NCBI GenBank assembly: GCA_964016885.1 | Contig: OZ024752.1 | Span: 43,214,001 to 43,278,000, forward strand | Direction of reading: 5' to 3' | DNA from: Eledone cirrhosa | Lineage: Eukaryota | Length of the DNA stretch: 64,000 nucleotides | Shown here: piece by piece, positions 27,229 through 41,525 of the stretch | Position numbering within the stretch: position 1 is the first letter of the stretch | Layout: every line of letters starts with the position of its first letter | Notes under the pieces: model-generated | Database searches by the model: none | What the model saw: the letters and a program-made list of their open reading frames with translations, nothing else | What the model was told of the DNA's origin: nothing | Program-made: the position numbers and the translations under genes

Positions 27229-27783
27229 ATCACCATCATCATCATCATCATCATCATCGTGTTAACGTTCACTTTCCCTGCTAGCATGGGTTGGACGGGT
27301 CTACCTAGACCAAGTCAGTACTGAAGTGGTGGCTACTGATTTAGATTTACAAGTCAAGCCAGGGACCAGTTGTCTCACTTATGTATGGTTTCATGTTTTA
27401 CTGCGTGCACAGGGAAGGTTGTCATGTCTTTGATACAACTGAGGGTCCACTCAAACCCTTTGTTTGACGAGCTTTCTATGCCCTTCCTATCAGCAACCCC
27501 TTTACAGAATGTACTGGGTGTTTTAGCGTGTAAAAAAAAAAAAATAAATAAAAAACAGTCCACGCTGAAATGTGGTCGTCTAGGTAACACGGTAAAAAGC
27601 TCCCAGTGCACACCGAAAATGTGGTTGGTGTTAGGAAGGGCATCCACCATAGAAAACCTGCTACATAGTCCCATACGAGCAAGACACAGTCACCCGACCA
27701 ATCTTACCTTAAGTGGAACAATTCCCGTCTAACCCATGCTAGCATGGAAGATAGATGTTAAACAATGATGATGATGATGATGA
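27229..27783. mobile_element. Two RTE 3'UTR fragments in opposite orientation (- at ~27229-27520, + at ~27550-27783)
   Basis: (CAT)n..gctagcatgggttggacgg at the left end and ccgtctaacccatgctagcatgg..(TGA)n at the right end. Confidence 0.7.
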
Positions 27784-27799
27784 ACACCATAGGAGGTTG

Positions 27800-28700
27800 T
27801 CGTGCCTTGACACAACTGAAAGGACCTCCTCATCCTTTGTTCAGCAAGCTTTCTACATATAAATCTTTCTTGGTCTACCTCTTCTGTGGCTTCCTTCTGC
27901 TGGTATTTCCTGGCACTTCTTGACCCAGCGATCATTAGCCTTGCACATCACATGTCAGTACTAACACAGTCTTCTCTCCAGCACACCACCCCAGACTCCT
28001 CTTAAATCCTATCTTCTCCATTAGCTTGTCCAAGCTCTGCCTTTCTCTCACACTTACATTGCACATACAATGTCCTCTACAGTCACCGCCCATGTTTCAC
28101 TACCATGCAGCATTGTACTTCACACACAGGCATCATACAGCTGACCTTTTGTTCGTAGGGAGAAACCTTTTGTAGTCAACCATGGGAGTAGCTCTCTAAA
28201 CTTCTTCCATCCTATCCTTATTGTAGCTTTTATGCTTTCAGAGTACCCTCCCCCACTGCTAATTAATTCACCAAGTTAACAGAAGCTATCAACCACTTCT
28301 ATAGACCCTTCCTGTGACTGGAAAAGGTTTATATCACTGACACTCCTCCCCTCAATTACCCCTGTGCATCTACATACAAAGTCTTCCCTTCCTGTTAGTC
28401 TATTATCCCACTACATCTTTTGTGTACCCAAGATTTACAATGTGTACATCAAATGGAGCAGGGTCACTTCCTTGGGGGAACCAGGGTCGTATCTTCTTTC
28501 CTACTCACTAGCACTTAACTTTTGGCTAAGTTTACTCTCAGACCTTTTGATTCCAAATTCTGTTTCTGTAGGTGGAACTTGTTTTCTAGTTCTTTTATGG
28601 ATTCAGCTATAAGGAGCAAATTATCTGCATAGAGAAGTTTCTATGGACAGCCATTTTTAAACTCCTCTGTTATGGTCTGGAGAACTATGATGAACAACAG
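27800..28700 (-). pseudogene. Degraded RTE LINE ORF fragment
   Basis: Reverse complement retains WVHKRCSG, VDSFC, GWKKFRELLP and LYDACV..MLHGSETW-like segments with frameshifts. Confidence 0.75.
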
Positions 28701-28918
28701 TGGACTAAGAACCAAACCCTGATGAACCAGGAGCTTTACCATTTCCCAAACACTGTAACTGTCGATATCAATAGCTGGTCCCTCTGTTATGTCTGCTGGG
28801 GGTACTCTCTCTTTCTTTTACTCATTCTCCATGTAAGTATACATATATACATATATACATATATATATATATATACACACACACATATCTATACATATAT
28901 ACACACACACACATATCT

Positions 28919-28953
<35 letters not shown>

Positions 28954-29783
28954 CATACATATATCTATACGTATATATATACACACATATATCTATACGT
29001 ATATATACACATATCTATCTATCTATATATATATACACATATCTATATATATATATATATATACATATCTATATCTATATCTATATATATACATATCTAT
29101 CTATATATATATACACATATCTATCTATCTATATATATATACACATATCTATCTATATATATATACACATATCTATCTATCTCTATATATATATATACAT
29201 ACACACATATCTATACATATATACATATATCTATACGTATATATATACACATATCTATCTATCTATATATATACACATATCTATCTATCTATATATATAC
29301 ACATATCTATCTATATATATATATATATACACATATCTATCTATCTATATATATACACATATCTATCTATATATATACACATATCTATCTATATATATAT
29401 ACACATATCTATATATATATACACATATCTATCTATCTATATATATACACATATCTATCTATCTATATACACATATCTATCTATATATATATATACACAT
29501 ATCTATCTATCTATATATATATACACATATCTATCTATCTATATATATATACATATCTATATATCTCTCTCTATATATATACATATACACATATATATGT
29601 ATTACTCTACTATGTGTTCCAGCCAACAGACTGGGGCCATGCTGGGCCCTGGCATTGATGCTACACTCTCTACAGCCAGCCTTCCTTGGTTGTCCATTAA
29701 TACAAAAGGGAGTTTGTTGTTGCTGCCCTTATTTATGATTCACCTCATTTTGCGAGTTCATCCAGGACTCTGGTCATCGGCAG

Positions 29784-30227
29784 AATAACTGTTTCTACGT
29801 TAGGCACAAGGCCAGCAACTATCCCAGTGTATTACTGGTACTTTATTTTATCGACCCCGTAAAGATGAAAGGCAAAGTTAACCTCGGCGGGATTTGAACT
29901 CAGACCATAAAGGGCCGCAAGTCTATGCTGCAAAGCATGGTGTCCGACCCTCTAATAATGCTGCCAATCCACCGCCCTATACTCATAAAGTAAAGGGCCG
30001 TAACTCTATGCTGCAAAGCATGGCGTCCGACCCTCTACTGATTCTGCCAAACCACCGCCCTATACTCAGAAAGTAAAGGGCCGTAACTCTATGCTGCAAA
30101 GCATGGCGTCCGACCCTCTACTGATTCTGCCAAACCACTGCCCTATACTCAGAAAGTAAAGGGCCATAACTCTATGCTGCAAAGCATGGCGTCCGACCCT
30201 CTACTGATACTGCCAATCCACTGCCCT
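29784..30227 (-). mobile_element. tRNA-derived SINE with Meta/MESC-like central domain and three extra tandem copies of its 83-bp head
   Basis: Minus strand has an A-box-like tggcag.atcggtag, B-box gagttcaaatcc, and central gcctttcatc.ttacggggtcgataaaataaagtaccag. The head unit repeats at ~29981, 30064 and 30147. Confidence 0.8.
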
Positions 30228-30307
30228 TGATCAGCAGAATAATGAGGTGTTTCTTGAAAATATCTAAATGCACACCATATGGATCTCCCAAATATTTTGG
30301 CAGCTCA

Positions 30308-30828
30308 TTAACCCTTTAACATTTAAACTGGCTGTATCCAGCCAGAATTCTCTCGCCTTTTTCTATTGAAACTGGCCGTAACTGACTCCTAATACTGAAA
30401 CCAAAACCATATGATCATGAGTCCAGTACTCTAACCACAATCCACATGCCTTCACTAATTTGAATAATTAGTCAACTAAATACTAAAGAAACAACTTCCT
30501 GACTTTAGAATATATGACAGTATACCACAATACTCTAACCACAATCCACATGCCTTCACTAATTTGAATAATTAGTCAACTAAATACTAAAGAAACAACT
30601 TCCTGACTTTAGAATATATGACAGTATTTAAACCGGCCAGGATTCTCTCACCTCTTTCTGTTCAAACCGGAGATAACTGGCTGCTCATTCTGATGTTAAG
30701 GTATTGTTCTTAAAATAAATAATATCAAAATATCATAGATTCGATATTATGTGAGATAATTATGTAAAATAAAGTGTTTACCATGAAAATACAATAGTAT
30801 ATATAGAGTAATTTAAATGCTAAAGAGA
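30308..30828. mobile_element. Rearranged TTAA MITE family A pieces around a ~100-bp direct duplication
   Basis: ttaaccctttaacattta at 30308 and taaatgctaaag near 30815-30825. Segment ~30428-30523 is repeated at ~30531-30626. Confidence 0.6.
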
Positions 30829-31349
30829 TGGGGGTTCTTTAAAGCCTACACTATTGCAGCATGTGGTCCTTATTCTTGATGTAATGGATGGGACCTTTGG
30901 TACTACACAAGAGAGTTCAAGAGACCGTGACACTGCCCAGGGGTTAGACGGGTAGGACCATTAAGTGCGATTGTGTGGCGACTCTGTTACTGTAGGGAGC
31001 GTGGTCAGTGGTGGTCAATATCATGAGAGGAAGGAGAGAGATGTGATTGGATGCAAAGATGGGAAGGAGAAAACAAGAATCCAAAGATTGTTACCTTGGT
31101 CATATTTATTAATCCTAATATTTTGGACACATTATACATTTTCAAGGAATGTTGGAAACCTTAGGGAGGACAAGGCCTCTGGTTTATTGACTATAACTTC
31201 ACCAGTACCAACACCATTGTGACCATCATGACTAACACCACCATGGGCCTGACCACCAGAATGACCACAATCACCAAGACTGAAAGACACTGCTCAGTTC
31301 ATTTCTGATTAACACACTCCAATTATGGTACAGAGGTCAACTTAATACA

Positions 31350-33155
31350 AATGTTTTACTGATAACTGACCACTCCTAGGTATGGTCAGCTGTCAACACC
31401 AATGTTTACTGATGATGGTGGTGATGATGATGATGTGTCCCTGACTGACCACTCCTAGGTATGGTCAGCTGTCAACACCAATGTTTACTGATGATGGTGA
31501 TGATGATGTGTCCCTGACTGACCACTCCTAGGTATGGTCAGCTGTCAACACCAATGTTTACTGATGATGGTGGTGATGATGATGATGTGTCCCTGACTGA
31601 CCACTCCTAGGTATGGTCAGCTGTCAACACCAATGTTTACTGATGATGGTGGTGATGATGATGATGTGTCCCTGACTGACCACTCCTAGGTATGGTCAGT
31701 TGTCAACACCAATACTGATGATGGTGGTGATGATGATGATGTGTCCCTGACTGACCACTCCTAGGTATGGTCAGCTGTCAACACCAATACTGATGATGGT
31801 GGTGATGATGATGATGTGTCCCTGACTGACCACTCCTAGGTATGGTCAGCTGTCAACACCAATGTTTGCTGATGATGGTGGTGATGATGATGATGTGTCC
31901 CTGACTGACCACTCCTAGGTATGGTCAGCTGTCAACACCAATGTTTGCTGATGATGGTGGTGATGATGATGATGTGTCCCTGACTGACCACTCCTAGGTA
32001 TGGTCAGCTGTCAACACCAATACTGATGATGGTGGTGATGATGATGATGTGTCCTTGACTGACCACTCCTAGGTATGGTCAGCTGTCAACACCAATGTTT
32101 GCTGATGATGGTGGTGATGATGATGATGTGTCCCTGACTGACCACTCCTAGGTATGGTCAGCTGTCAACACCAATACTGATGATGGTGGTGATGATGATG
32201 ATGTGTCCCTGACTGACCACTCCTAGGTATGGTCAGCTGTCAACACCAATGTTTACTGATGGTGATGATGATGATGTGTCCCTGACTGACCACTCCTAGG
32301 TATGGTCAGTTGTCAACACCAATGCTGATGATGGTGGTGATGATGATGATGTGTCCCTGACTGACCACTCCTAGGTATGGTCAGCTGTCAACACCAATGC
32401 TGATGATGGTGGTGATGATGATGATGTGTCCCTGACTGACCACTCCTAGGTATGGTCAGCTGTCAACACCAATACTGATGATGGTGGTGATGATGATGAT
32501 GTGTCCCTGACTGACCACTCCTAGGTATGGTCAGTTGTCAACACCAATGCTGATGATGGTGGTGATGATGATGATGTGTCCCTGACTGACCACTCCTAGG
32601 TATGGTCAGTTGTCAACACCAATGCTGATGATGGTGGTGATGATGATGATGTGTCCCTGACTGACCACTCCTAGGTATGGTCAGCTGTCAACACCAATAC
32701 TGATGATGGTGGTGATGATGATGATGTGTCCCTGACTGACCACTCCTAGGTATGGTCAGCTGTCAACACCAATGTTTACTGATGGTGATGATGATGATGT
32801 GTCCCTGACTGACCACTCCTAGGTATGGTCAGTTGTCAACACCAATGCTGATGATGGTGGTGATGATGATGATGTGTCCCTGACTGACCACTCCTAGGTA
32901 TGGTCAGCTGTCAACACCAATACTGATGATGGTGGTGATGATGATGATGTGTCCCTGACTGACCACTCCTAGGTATGGTCAGCTGTCAACACCAATACTG
33001 ATGATGGTGGTGATGATGATGATGTGTCCCTGACTGACCACTCCTAGGTATGGTCAGCTGTCAACACCAATGTTTACTGATGGTGATGATGATGATGTGT
33101 CCCTGACTGACCACTCCTAGGTATGGTCAGTTGTCAACACCAATGCTGATGATGA
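31350..33155. repeat. Minisatellite array, 73-79-bp unit with (GAT)n, about 23 copies
   Basis: Unit ctgactgaccactcctaggtatggtcagctgtcaacaccaat..ctgatgatggtggt(gat)n gtgtcc. Confidence 0.98.
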
Positions 33156-33156
33156 T

Positions 33157-33560
33157 ATTAATCGTTTCTACTTTTGGCACAAGGCCAGCAATTACCCCAG
33201 TGCATTACTGGTACTTTATTCCATCGACCCCGTAAAGATGAAAGACAAAGTTAACCTCGGCAAGATTTGAACTCGGCCTGTAAAGGGGCGTAACTCTATG
33301 CTACAAAGCATGGCGTCCGACCCTCTACCGATACTGCCAAACCGCCGCCCTATTAATAATAATAATTGTTTCTACTTTTGGCACAAGGCCAGCAATTATC
33401 CCAGTGCATTACTGGTACTTTATTTTATCGACCCCCGTAAGGATGAAAGGCAAAGTTAACCTCGGAGGGATTTGAACTCAGACTGCAAAGGGACGTAACT
33501 CTATGCTGGAAAGCATAGGTTCAGACCCTCTACTGATACTGCCAAAACACGGCGGCCCTT
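33157..33560 (-). mobile_element. Two tandem Meta-type SINE copies
   Basis: Two full copies (33157-33351 and ~33352-33560) joined by an (AAT)n tail. Confidence 0.85.
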
Positions 33561-34339
33561 AATAATGATAATAATGATGATTATGATCATGTGTCCCTGA
33601 CTGACTCCCACAGAAACTGAATCCAACAAAAGGAAGAACTCAATATTTATAATAAAGTACATATGTACAAATTGATTTATTCAATTTCTTACAACATAGC
33701 TATGATATTTTAGCTTATCTCATAATTGAAGAGGGGCTAAAGTGTTAGGCTGTTTCTCTCTTTAACTGAGTCTGAATCCACAGATCAGAGTCCCAGGCCC
33801 TGCCGAGAAAGATTAGTTATCTAGATTCAGCAGATCAATTCACTTTGGACAAATTCCTTCACAGTTTGATTGTTTGTTGAAGGGAAAAAAATATATACAT
33901 ATGTGTGCATACATGTATGTATTCCTATACGTATGTGCATGTGTGTGTATTCATATACATACATATGTGCATGTGTGTGTGTGCATATATGTAAATATAT
34001 ATATGTATATATATATATATAAACGTGTATGTGTATATATATATATATATATAAACGTGTATGTGTATATATATATATATATAAACGTGTATGTGTATAT
34101 ATATATATATATATATGTGAGCGTGTGTGTATGTATATATATGTGAGTGTGTGTGTGTGTGTATATATATATGTGAGCGTGTGTGTGTATATATATATAT
34201 GTGAGCGTGTGTGTGTGTGTGTGTATATATATATGTGTGAGTGTGTGTGTATGCATATAAACGAATGTGTGTGTGTTTGTGTGTTATAAACAGCACCTCT
34301 GAGGGACATTCTACAAAACAGAATTTGTCCTGGCTCCTC

Positions 34340-34790
34340 CATCAGACACATCAATCAGACATCACATAAACCATCAGACACATCAAACAACACATCAGTC
34401 AGACATCATATAAACCATCAGACAAACCAGTCAGACATCATATAAGTCATCAAACAACATCTCAGACATCATATAAACCATCAAACACATCTCAGACATC
34501 ATATAAACCACCAAACACATCAAACATATCAGACATCATATAAACCATCAAACAACATATCAGACATTATATAAACCATCAGACACATCAAACAAATTAT
34601 CAGACATCATATAAACCATCAAACATATCAAACAACATATCAGACATAATATAAACCATCATATAAGCAATCAAACAACATATCAGACATCATATAAACC
34701 ATCAAACAACATATCAGACATCATATAAACCATCACATAAGCCATCAAACAACATATCAGACATCATATTAACCATCAAACACATGTCAG
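34340..34790. repeat. Degenerate ~30-bp tandem repeat
   Basis: cagacatcatataaaccatcaaacaacatat variants. Confidence 0.85.
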
Positions 34791-35074
34791 TCAAATAAAA
34801 GAAAAAATAATAAATCTCGCAAAAGGAAAATGTTTTCTTTCCAAAATATAGTTTTTCTTTCTTTTTAATTTCAAATAATTGACAGAAACAGAAATGTATA
34901 AAACATATCACTGACATAGAATATAATGGCTGGATGTGGCCAGAAGGAGCAAACATTTAAACATATTTCACACTAAAAACTTGACATACAAATACACATA
35001 TATATATATGTGTATATGTATGTATATATATATATATATATATATCTATATATATATATATATCTATATATATA

Positions 35075-35111
<37 letters not shown>

Positions 35112-35207
35112 AGGGTGTGTAACTTGGAGTCACTGTAGGTTCACCCGGGTGAGCACTCGATGTCTAGGTTCACTTCTGTGTCGAGGTGTAGAGCTATACA
35201 GAGTGTA

Positions 35208-35540
<333 letters not shown>

Positions 35541-35930
35541 ACACACACACATAGATATATTATACATACATATATATATATATATATATAAACACACACA
35601 CACATAGATATATTATACATACATATATATATATATATATATAAACACACACACACATAGATATATTATACATACATATAAATACATATATATATTATGC
35701 ATACATATATATGTACATATAAATACATATATATATAGAGAGAGAGACAAATACACACACATATATATATATATATTATACATACATATATATGTACATA
35801 TAAATACATATATAGACAAACACACACACATATATATATTATACATACATATAGACAAACAGACACATATATATATTATACATACATATATATATACATA
35901 TAGACAAACACACACACATATATATATATA

Positions 35931-36091
35931 ATGTTTAATGTAGAAACGGCTTCTACAGGACTAGAACTGTTTCATTCAAAGGAAATCACCAGTGGTTTCC
36001 TGTAGAAGCCATTTCTATAGTAAACACTATATACTCTACTATGTATTGAGTACCTTACTTACTGTGATTACTCCCGATTGAACCCGGGATA
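35931..36091. mobile_element. Hammerhead-family element, inverted pair, with the core deleted in the + arm
   Basis: The - arm reads CTGGTGA-tttcctttgaat-GAAA-cagttctagtcctg-TA-gaagcc; the + arm reads ggtttc-ctgta-gaagcc followed by the family tail. Confidence 0.7.
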
Positions 36092-36564
36092 CACACACAC
36101 ACAAATATATACATACATACATACATACATAGATATTCAAAGTAAAATACTACATATACTTTTCTATAAGTATTGAGTGCTTATTCAGTTAATGTTCAGC
36201 TCCTGTTTGTATGATTATACATAAAAGACTTACTTTAATACCATCACCATTTTACGTCCACTTTCCATACTGCGATGGGTTGGACAAGCTAATACACACA
36301 TCATATATGTTCGCAGTATAACTGCTTCTTCACTGAGGAAGCCTACCCAACACTCACTGCTGAAACATTGTGGTCATGTTGTTAGAATATAAATAAATCT
36401 CTTAATACAATAATCTGTTCAAATATTTATGAATTATGATCACCAGATCAAACCCTATATATAAAAGGGTCCTTATAAACCTACACTATATATATATGCA
36501 TATATATACGCATTTATATATATATACACACATATATATATATGCATTTATATATATATACACA

Positions 36565-36636
<72 letters not shown>

Positions 36637-36719
36637 CATATATATATACATATATATATATACATATATATATACATATATATATATATACATATATATA
36701 TACATATATATATATATAC

Positions 36720-36772
<53 letters not shown>

Positions 36773-36855
36773 CATATATATATATATACATATATATATA
36801 TACATATATATATATACATATATATATATACATATATATATATACATATATATAT

Positions 36856-36908
<53 letters not shown>

Positions 36909-37098
36909 CATATATACATATATATATATACATATATATATATACATATATATATATACATATATATACACATATATATATATATACACACATATATATA
37001 TATATACACATATATATATACACATATATATATATATATACACATATATATATATATATACATACATATAAATATATATACATATACACATATATGTA

Positions 37099-37173
<75 letters not shown>

Positions 37174-37781
37174 GACCATTATTCAACTTATTACTTCATA
37201 CTTATATGGAAATTATAATTTTAATCCTCATTCAACCATTGGTTTCAGCTTGACCGTAGGGCTTAAATGTTTTAAATAATATATATACATATTCACAACC
37301 CGCTGCAGTTTCCATTATCAGGAATATATAAATCCATGCAAAACACACTACCTTGAACAGCATGTTTGCACTAGTGTATATAGAGAGATGCACACATATG
37401 CAGACACTTTGCATTAGCAGATGGGTTAAGTCAATGTTTTAAACATAATAAAGCATTATAATGAGGGACCAAAAATATATGCAATATTTTGGGAAGATTG
37501 GGAGAATTGGAAAGACCAATGGAAACATTGTTTCCTCGGTCCGATTTGCCGAAAGTCAATCGACTGTCTCTGGGAGACCAGACAGAATATTTAGATAAAC
37601 ACACTAAATTTACACACATACACAGATGTAATTGTATGAGTATGTATAATGTGTTTATTCAGAAACTAGATAAAGTACTCAATACTTCAAGAAGTAAAGT
37701 TAAATATCTTAATTTATTAATACAGTAATTTATAAGTTTATGAATTTTTGACAAAAAAATCTGTATGTTGGTTAAAGGAAT

Positions 37782-37975
37782 CAAGGAGGAAGTGTTTAAA
37801 GTGAACCAAGGAGGAAGTGTTTAAAGTGGACCAAGGAGGAAGTGTTTAAAGTGAACCAAGGAGGAAGTGTTTAAAGTGAACCAAGGAGGAAGTGTTTAAA
37901 GTGAACCAAGGAGGAAGTGTTTAAAGTGAACCAAGGAGGAAGTGTTTAAAGTGGACCAAGGAGGAAGTATTTAAA
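37782..37975. repeat. 25-bp tandem repeat, about 8 copies
   Basis: caaggaggaagtgtttaaagtg(a/g)ac. Confidence 0.95.
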
Positions 37976-38669
37976 AGGGGCATTGATAAATATAGTCGAA
38001 GGGAGGAGGTTAATTTATAATTGTGAAAATTTTAATCAGTATTTCAGGGTAAAATAAAAGTTGAAGTCTGCCCTAAGTCCAGAGTTTGATCAGGCTGAAA
38101 GTTAATCTACTTTCATTTGTGTTAAACAACTAAGAATACAAGAGTACATTTCAGCAAGAATGAACTGGAACCACATGAAATAATGAAATGTCTTGCTGAA
38201 GGATACAATGCACTGCTCAGTCCAGTGTGGGTAATTGAAATCACAACCATATAATCCTAAGCTCAACACCCTAACCACTAGACAATGCAGCTTCACATTT
38301 AGGGCTAATGCTACCATTTAATGTTTATCATTAGACATTTTTGGGGGGGGGGGGTGATGAAATTTACAGTTCACATCAATGCAGGTTTAGCTGGCCCCTT
38401 ATGAGGTTGCATTTTATATGGTTTCTTGGGTGTTTTAATGATAGCGGCCCCAGTCCTATCATGAAAAGCAATATGAAATTAAGTGTCTTGCTCAAGAACA
38501 CAAGGTCCCACACAGTCCAGCAATCAAACCCATGACTTTAGGATCATGAGTCCAACACCCTTACCATGTTGGTGGAGCCTATCTCCTCCTCAGGTCTGAA
38601 TACAGCAGATTTCTTCCTGAGAAGGATAGAGAGTAAGAGAAAGGAAGGGAGAAGAGATATAGAGAAACA

Positions 38670-38823
38670 ATCGACCTCATTACCAGACTGGTACTTTTTT
38701 TTAATCAATCTGGAATGGATGTAAGGCAAAGTTAACCTCAGCAGGATTTGAACTCAGAGAAATGGAATGAATACCACAAAGCATTTTATCCGATGCTCTA
38801 ACAACTCTGCCGATTTGCCACCT
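38670..38823 (-). mobile_element. Older Meta-type SINE
   Basis: ctggtactt..aaggcaaagttaacctc.gcaggatttgaactcag..ctctgccgatttgccacc. A similar old copy lies at ~47117-47230. Confidence 0.7.
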
Positions 38824-39039
38824 ACACATTTGGGATGAAGATATTTTAAATTTTCCCAATGCTTCTTAAGTCAACTGGATGTTTGTATTCTGGATTGCAA
38901 GACAGTGTATCAGGAAGAGCCAAAAGATGGAAATTCCAATTACAAAGGGATTGATGATTGAAGAAAATATATGGGAAAGAAAGGGCCTACTCCATGTAGA
39001 CCCGAGAGACTAACCACAAAAGTTGACAACCGTGTGATA

Positions 39040-39880
39040 ATCAACTTAATTCACATGAATATAGGTAGACCAGCCAGTATAGTTACTAAGATGCTAAAAA
39101 TATTTGGTATGGTAAGTTATGACCTAGTCAGGTGCATAGTTAATCAAATAGTACAGGATGATGTCATACCAGTATTCCTTTACCCTTGTAGCAATAAACT
39201 AGGACAAGGGTAAAGAAAACATACTGGAGAGGGGTAACTATAGAGGTATCAAGTTGATGGACCAGATGGTGAGAGGAGTAACTATAGAGGTATCAAGTTA
39301 ACCCTTTAGCATTTAAACCGGCCAGAATTTTCTCACCTCTTTCTGTTTAAACCGGCCACTCATACAGATGTTGAGGTATTGTTCTCAAAATAAATAACAT
39401 CGAAATCTCATAGATTCGATATTATGAGAGATAAAGCCCTTACCGTGATAAAATACAATAGTATATTATAAAGTAATGTAAATGCTAAAGGGTTAATGGA
39501 CCAGGAGACGATGGTCACTGAAAGGATTACAACACAACTAAATAAGAACAAAATCATGCTAGACAAGATGCTGTTTGACTTTATGCCAGGTAGAACTGCT
39601 GCTTTCTTCCTTGTGGGACCACTGCAGAAATACTTAGCTAAGTGTAAACTTCTGTACCTGGCTTTTGTAGATCTGGAGGTGTTCAGTTCAACGGTGGAAT
39701 CCTCCTTCGCACTCTGTAATCCGAGCACTAAGAAAGCTAGGTTTAGACGAATAGCTTGTGAAGGATCTGCAACCAGCAAGGTGGTTAATGATGAGTTTGA
39801 AAGGCAGATGGGGGTCAGCAAAGTTTCACTAATCAGCCCTATGATAGAGTAGATTTTGAAAACTTAGGTAACATGCAGCT
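39040..39880 (+). pseudogene. Highly degraded RTE-type RT fragment interrupted by a MITE
   Basis: NYRGIKLMDQ, F.FMPGR and LYLAFVDLE motifs. Confidence 0.65.
39298..39496. mobile_element. TTAA MITE, family A, inserted in an old RTE fragment
   Basis: TTAA duplicated at 39298-39301 and 39493-39496; TIR ccctttagcattta. Confidence 0.9.
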
Positions 39881-39914
39881 CTGTTGAGAACTTATTTATA
39901 ATTATATATATCGG

Positions 39915-39962
<48 letters not shown>

Positions 39963-40602
39963 GATTTTGAAAACTTAGGTAGCATGCAGCTCTGTTGATA
40001 ATTTATTTATAATATATATATATATGTGTGTGTATATATATATATATATCAGTATATATAAATATGTGTATGTGTTTATATATATCGGTATATATATATA
40101 TATATATCAGTATATATAAATATGTGTATGTGTTTATATATATCGGTATATATATATATATATATATATATGTAGATTTTGAAAACTTAGGTAGCATGCA
40201 GCTCTGTTGATAATTTATTTATAATATATATATATATGTGTGTGTGTATATATATATATATATATCAGTATATATAAATATGTGTATGTGTTTATATATA
40301 TCGGTATATATATATATATATATATGTAGATTTTGAAAACTTAGGTAGCATGCAGCTCTGTTGATAATTTATTTATAATATATATATATATATGTGTGTG
40401 TATATATATATATATATCAGTATATATAAATATGTGTATGTGTTTATATATATCGGTATATATATATATATATCAGTATATATAAATATGTGTATGTGTT
40501 TATATATATCGGTATATATATATATATATATATATATGTAGATTTTGAAAACTTAGGTAGCATGCAGCTCTGTTGATAATTTATTTATAATATATATATA
40601 TA

Positions 40603-40633
<31 letters not shown>

Positions 40634-40670
40634 CAGTATATATAAATATGTGTATGTGTATATATATAAT
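39849..40670. repeat. Composite tandem repeat, 5 copies of a ~45-bp core separated by TA/TG tracts
   Basis: gtagattttgaaaacttaggtagcatgcagctctgttga at ~39849, 39960, 40172, 40326 and 40538. Confidence 0.9.
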
Positions 40671-40732
40671 ACAAACAGAGATTTAGGAAAAGGGAGTGAT
40701 GTTGAAAGGTTGAAATAAATATATAGATAAAT

Positions 40733-40809
40733 ATATTTATTAAAATAACAGATTAAAGTTTATGCAAAGAATCGCTGCTTAAACTTTAATCTGTTATTTT
40801 AATAAATAT
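40733..40809. repeat. 30-bp perfect inverted repeat with 17-nt spacer
   Basis: atatttattaaaataacagattaaagttta / taaactttaatctgttattttaataaatat. Confidence 0.8.
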
Positions 40810-41175
40810 TTGCTCTAGGGTTCTTATATATTTGATATATATTTATCCTTATCGAGCCCTCTTTGGATTTTAGTTTTCAAATTTATTATTATTACTATAT
40901 ATATATATATAGCTGTAATAAAAGAGATATAACATGGATGTGTATGGATCCTGGAATTACTCTGCATCTATTTTCACAATAATTCTAGCATCCACTGGAC
41001 TTTAGTTTTCTTCCAAACCTCGCTGATACGTAGATCTTAACTATGCTGTGCAAGATAGTGGATTAGGTAATGATCCAGCTTTCATAGTTGATTCCATAAC
41101 ATGTGTTAGAGACCCTAGAGTATAATAAACGTTTCTTCGAATTTCAACAAATGTTGCCTAGTTTTTCCTATTCCT

Positions 41176-41400
41176 CCATTGTTGCCGAGACACTGCATCC
41201 TTTAAAACCTCCATGCTTTCTGAGATTTGCCAACACTACACCTGATATTCCCCCTCCATACACATGCACATCATGACTCATACAGCTTCACTTTCCTGAC
41301 ATTTGTACATTATTCTATGTACTATACATACACCTTTGATGAGATGTAGTGCACCTGAGCACTGTACACAATAATTTCATTAACATATTATTATTTTATT
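41176..41400 (+). mobile_element. CR1-type LINE 3' fragment
   Basis: gagacactgcatccttt...gtagtgcacctgagcact..caataatttcatt, shared with 42360-42710. Confidence 0.7.
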
Positions 41401-41494
41401 ACATTACTCTGTGGGATACTCCTTAGAACCTATGTACCATACTCGGTGATGCAAGCAGGGAAAAGTGAACGTAAAATGATGATGATGATGATAT

Positions 41495-41525
<31 letters not shown>

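Noticed and set aside
31350-33155. Tandem hammerheads suggested by CTGATGA in each unit
   Set aside because: CTGATGA is just the start of the (GAT)n tract; there is no GAAA or stem III.
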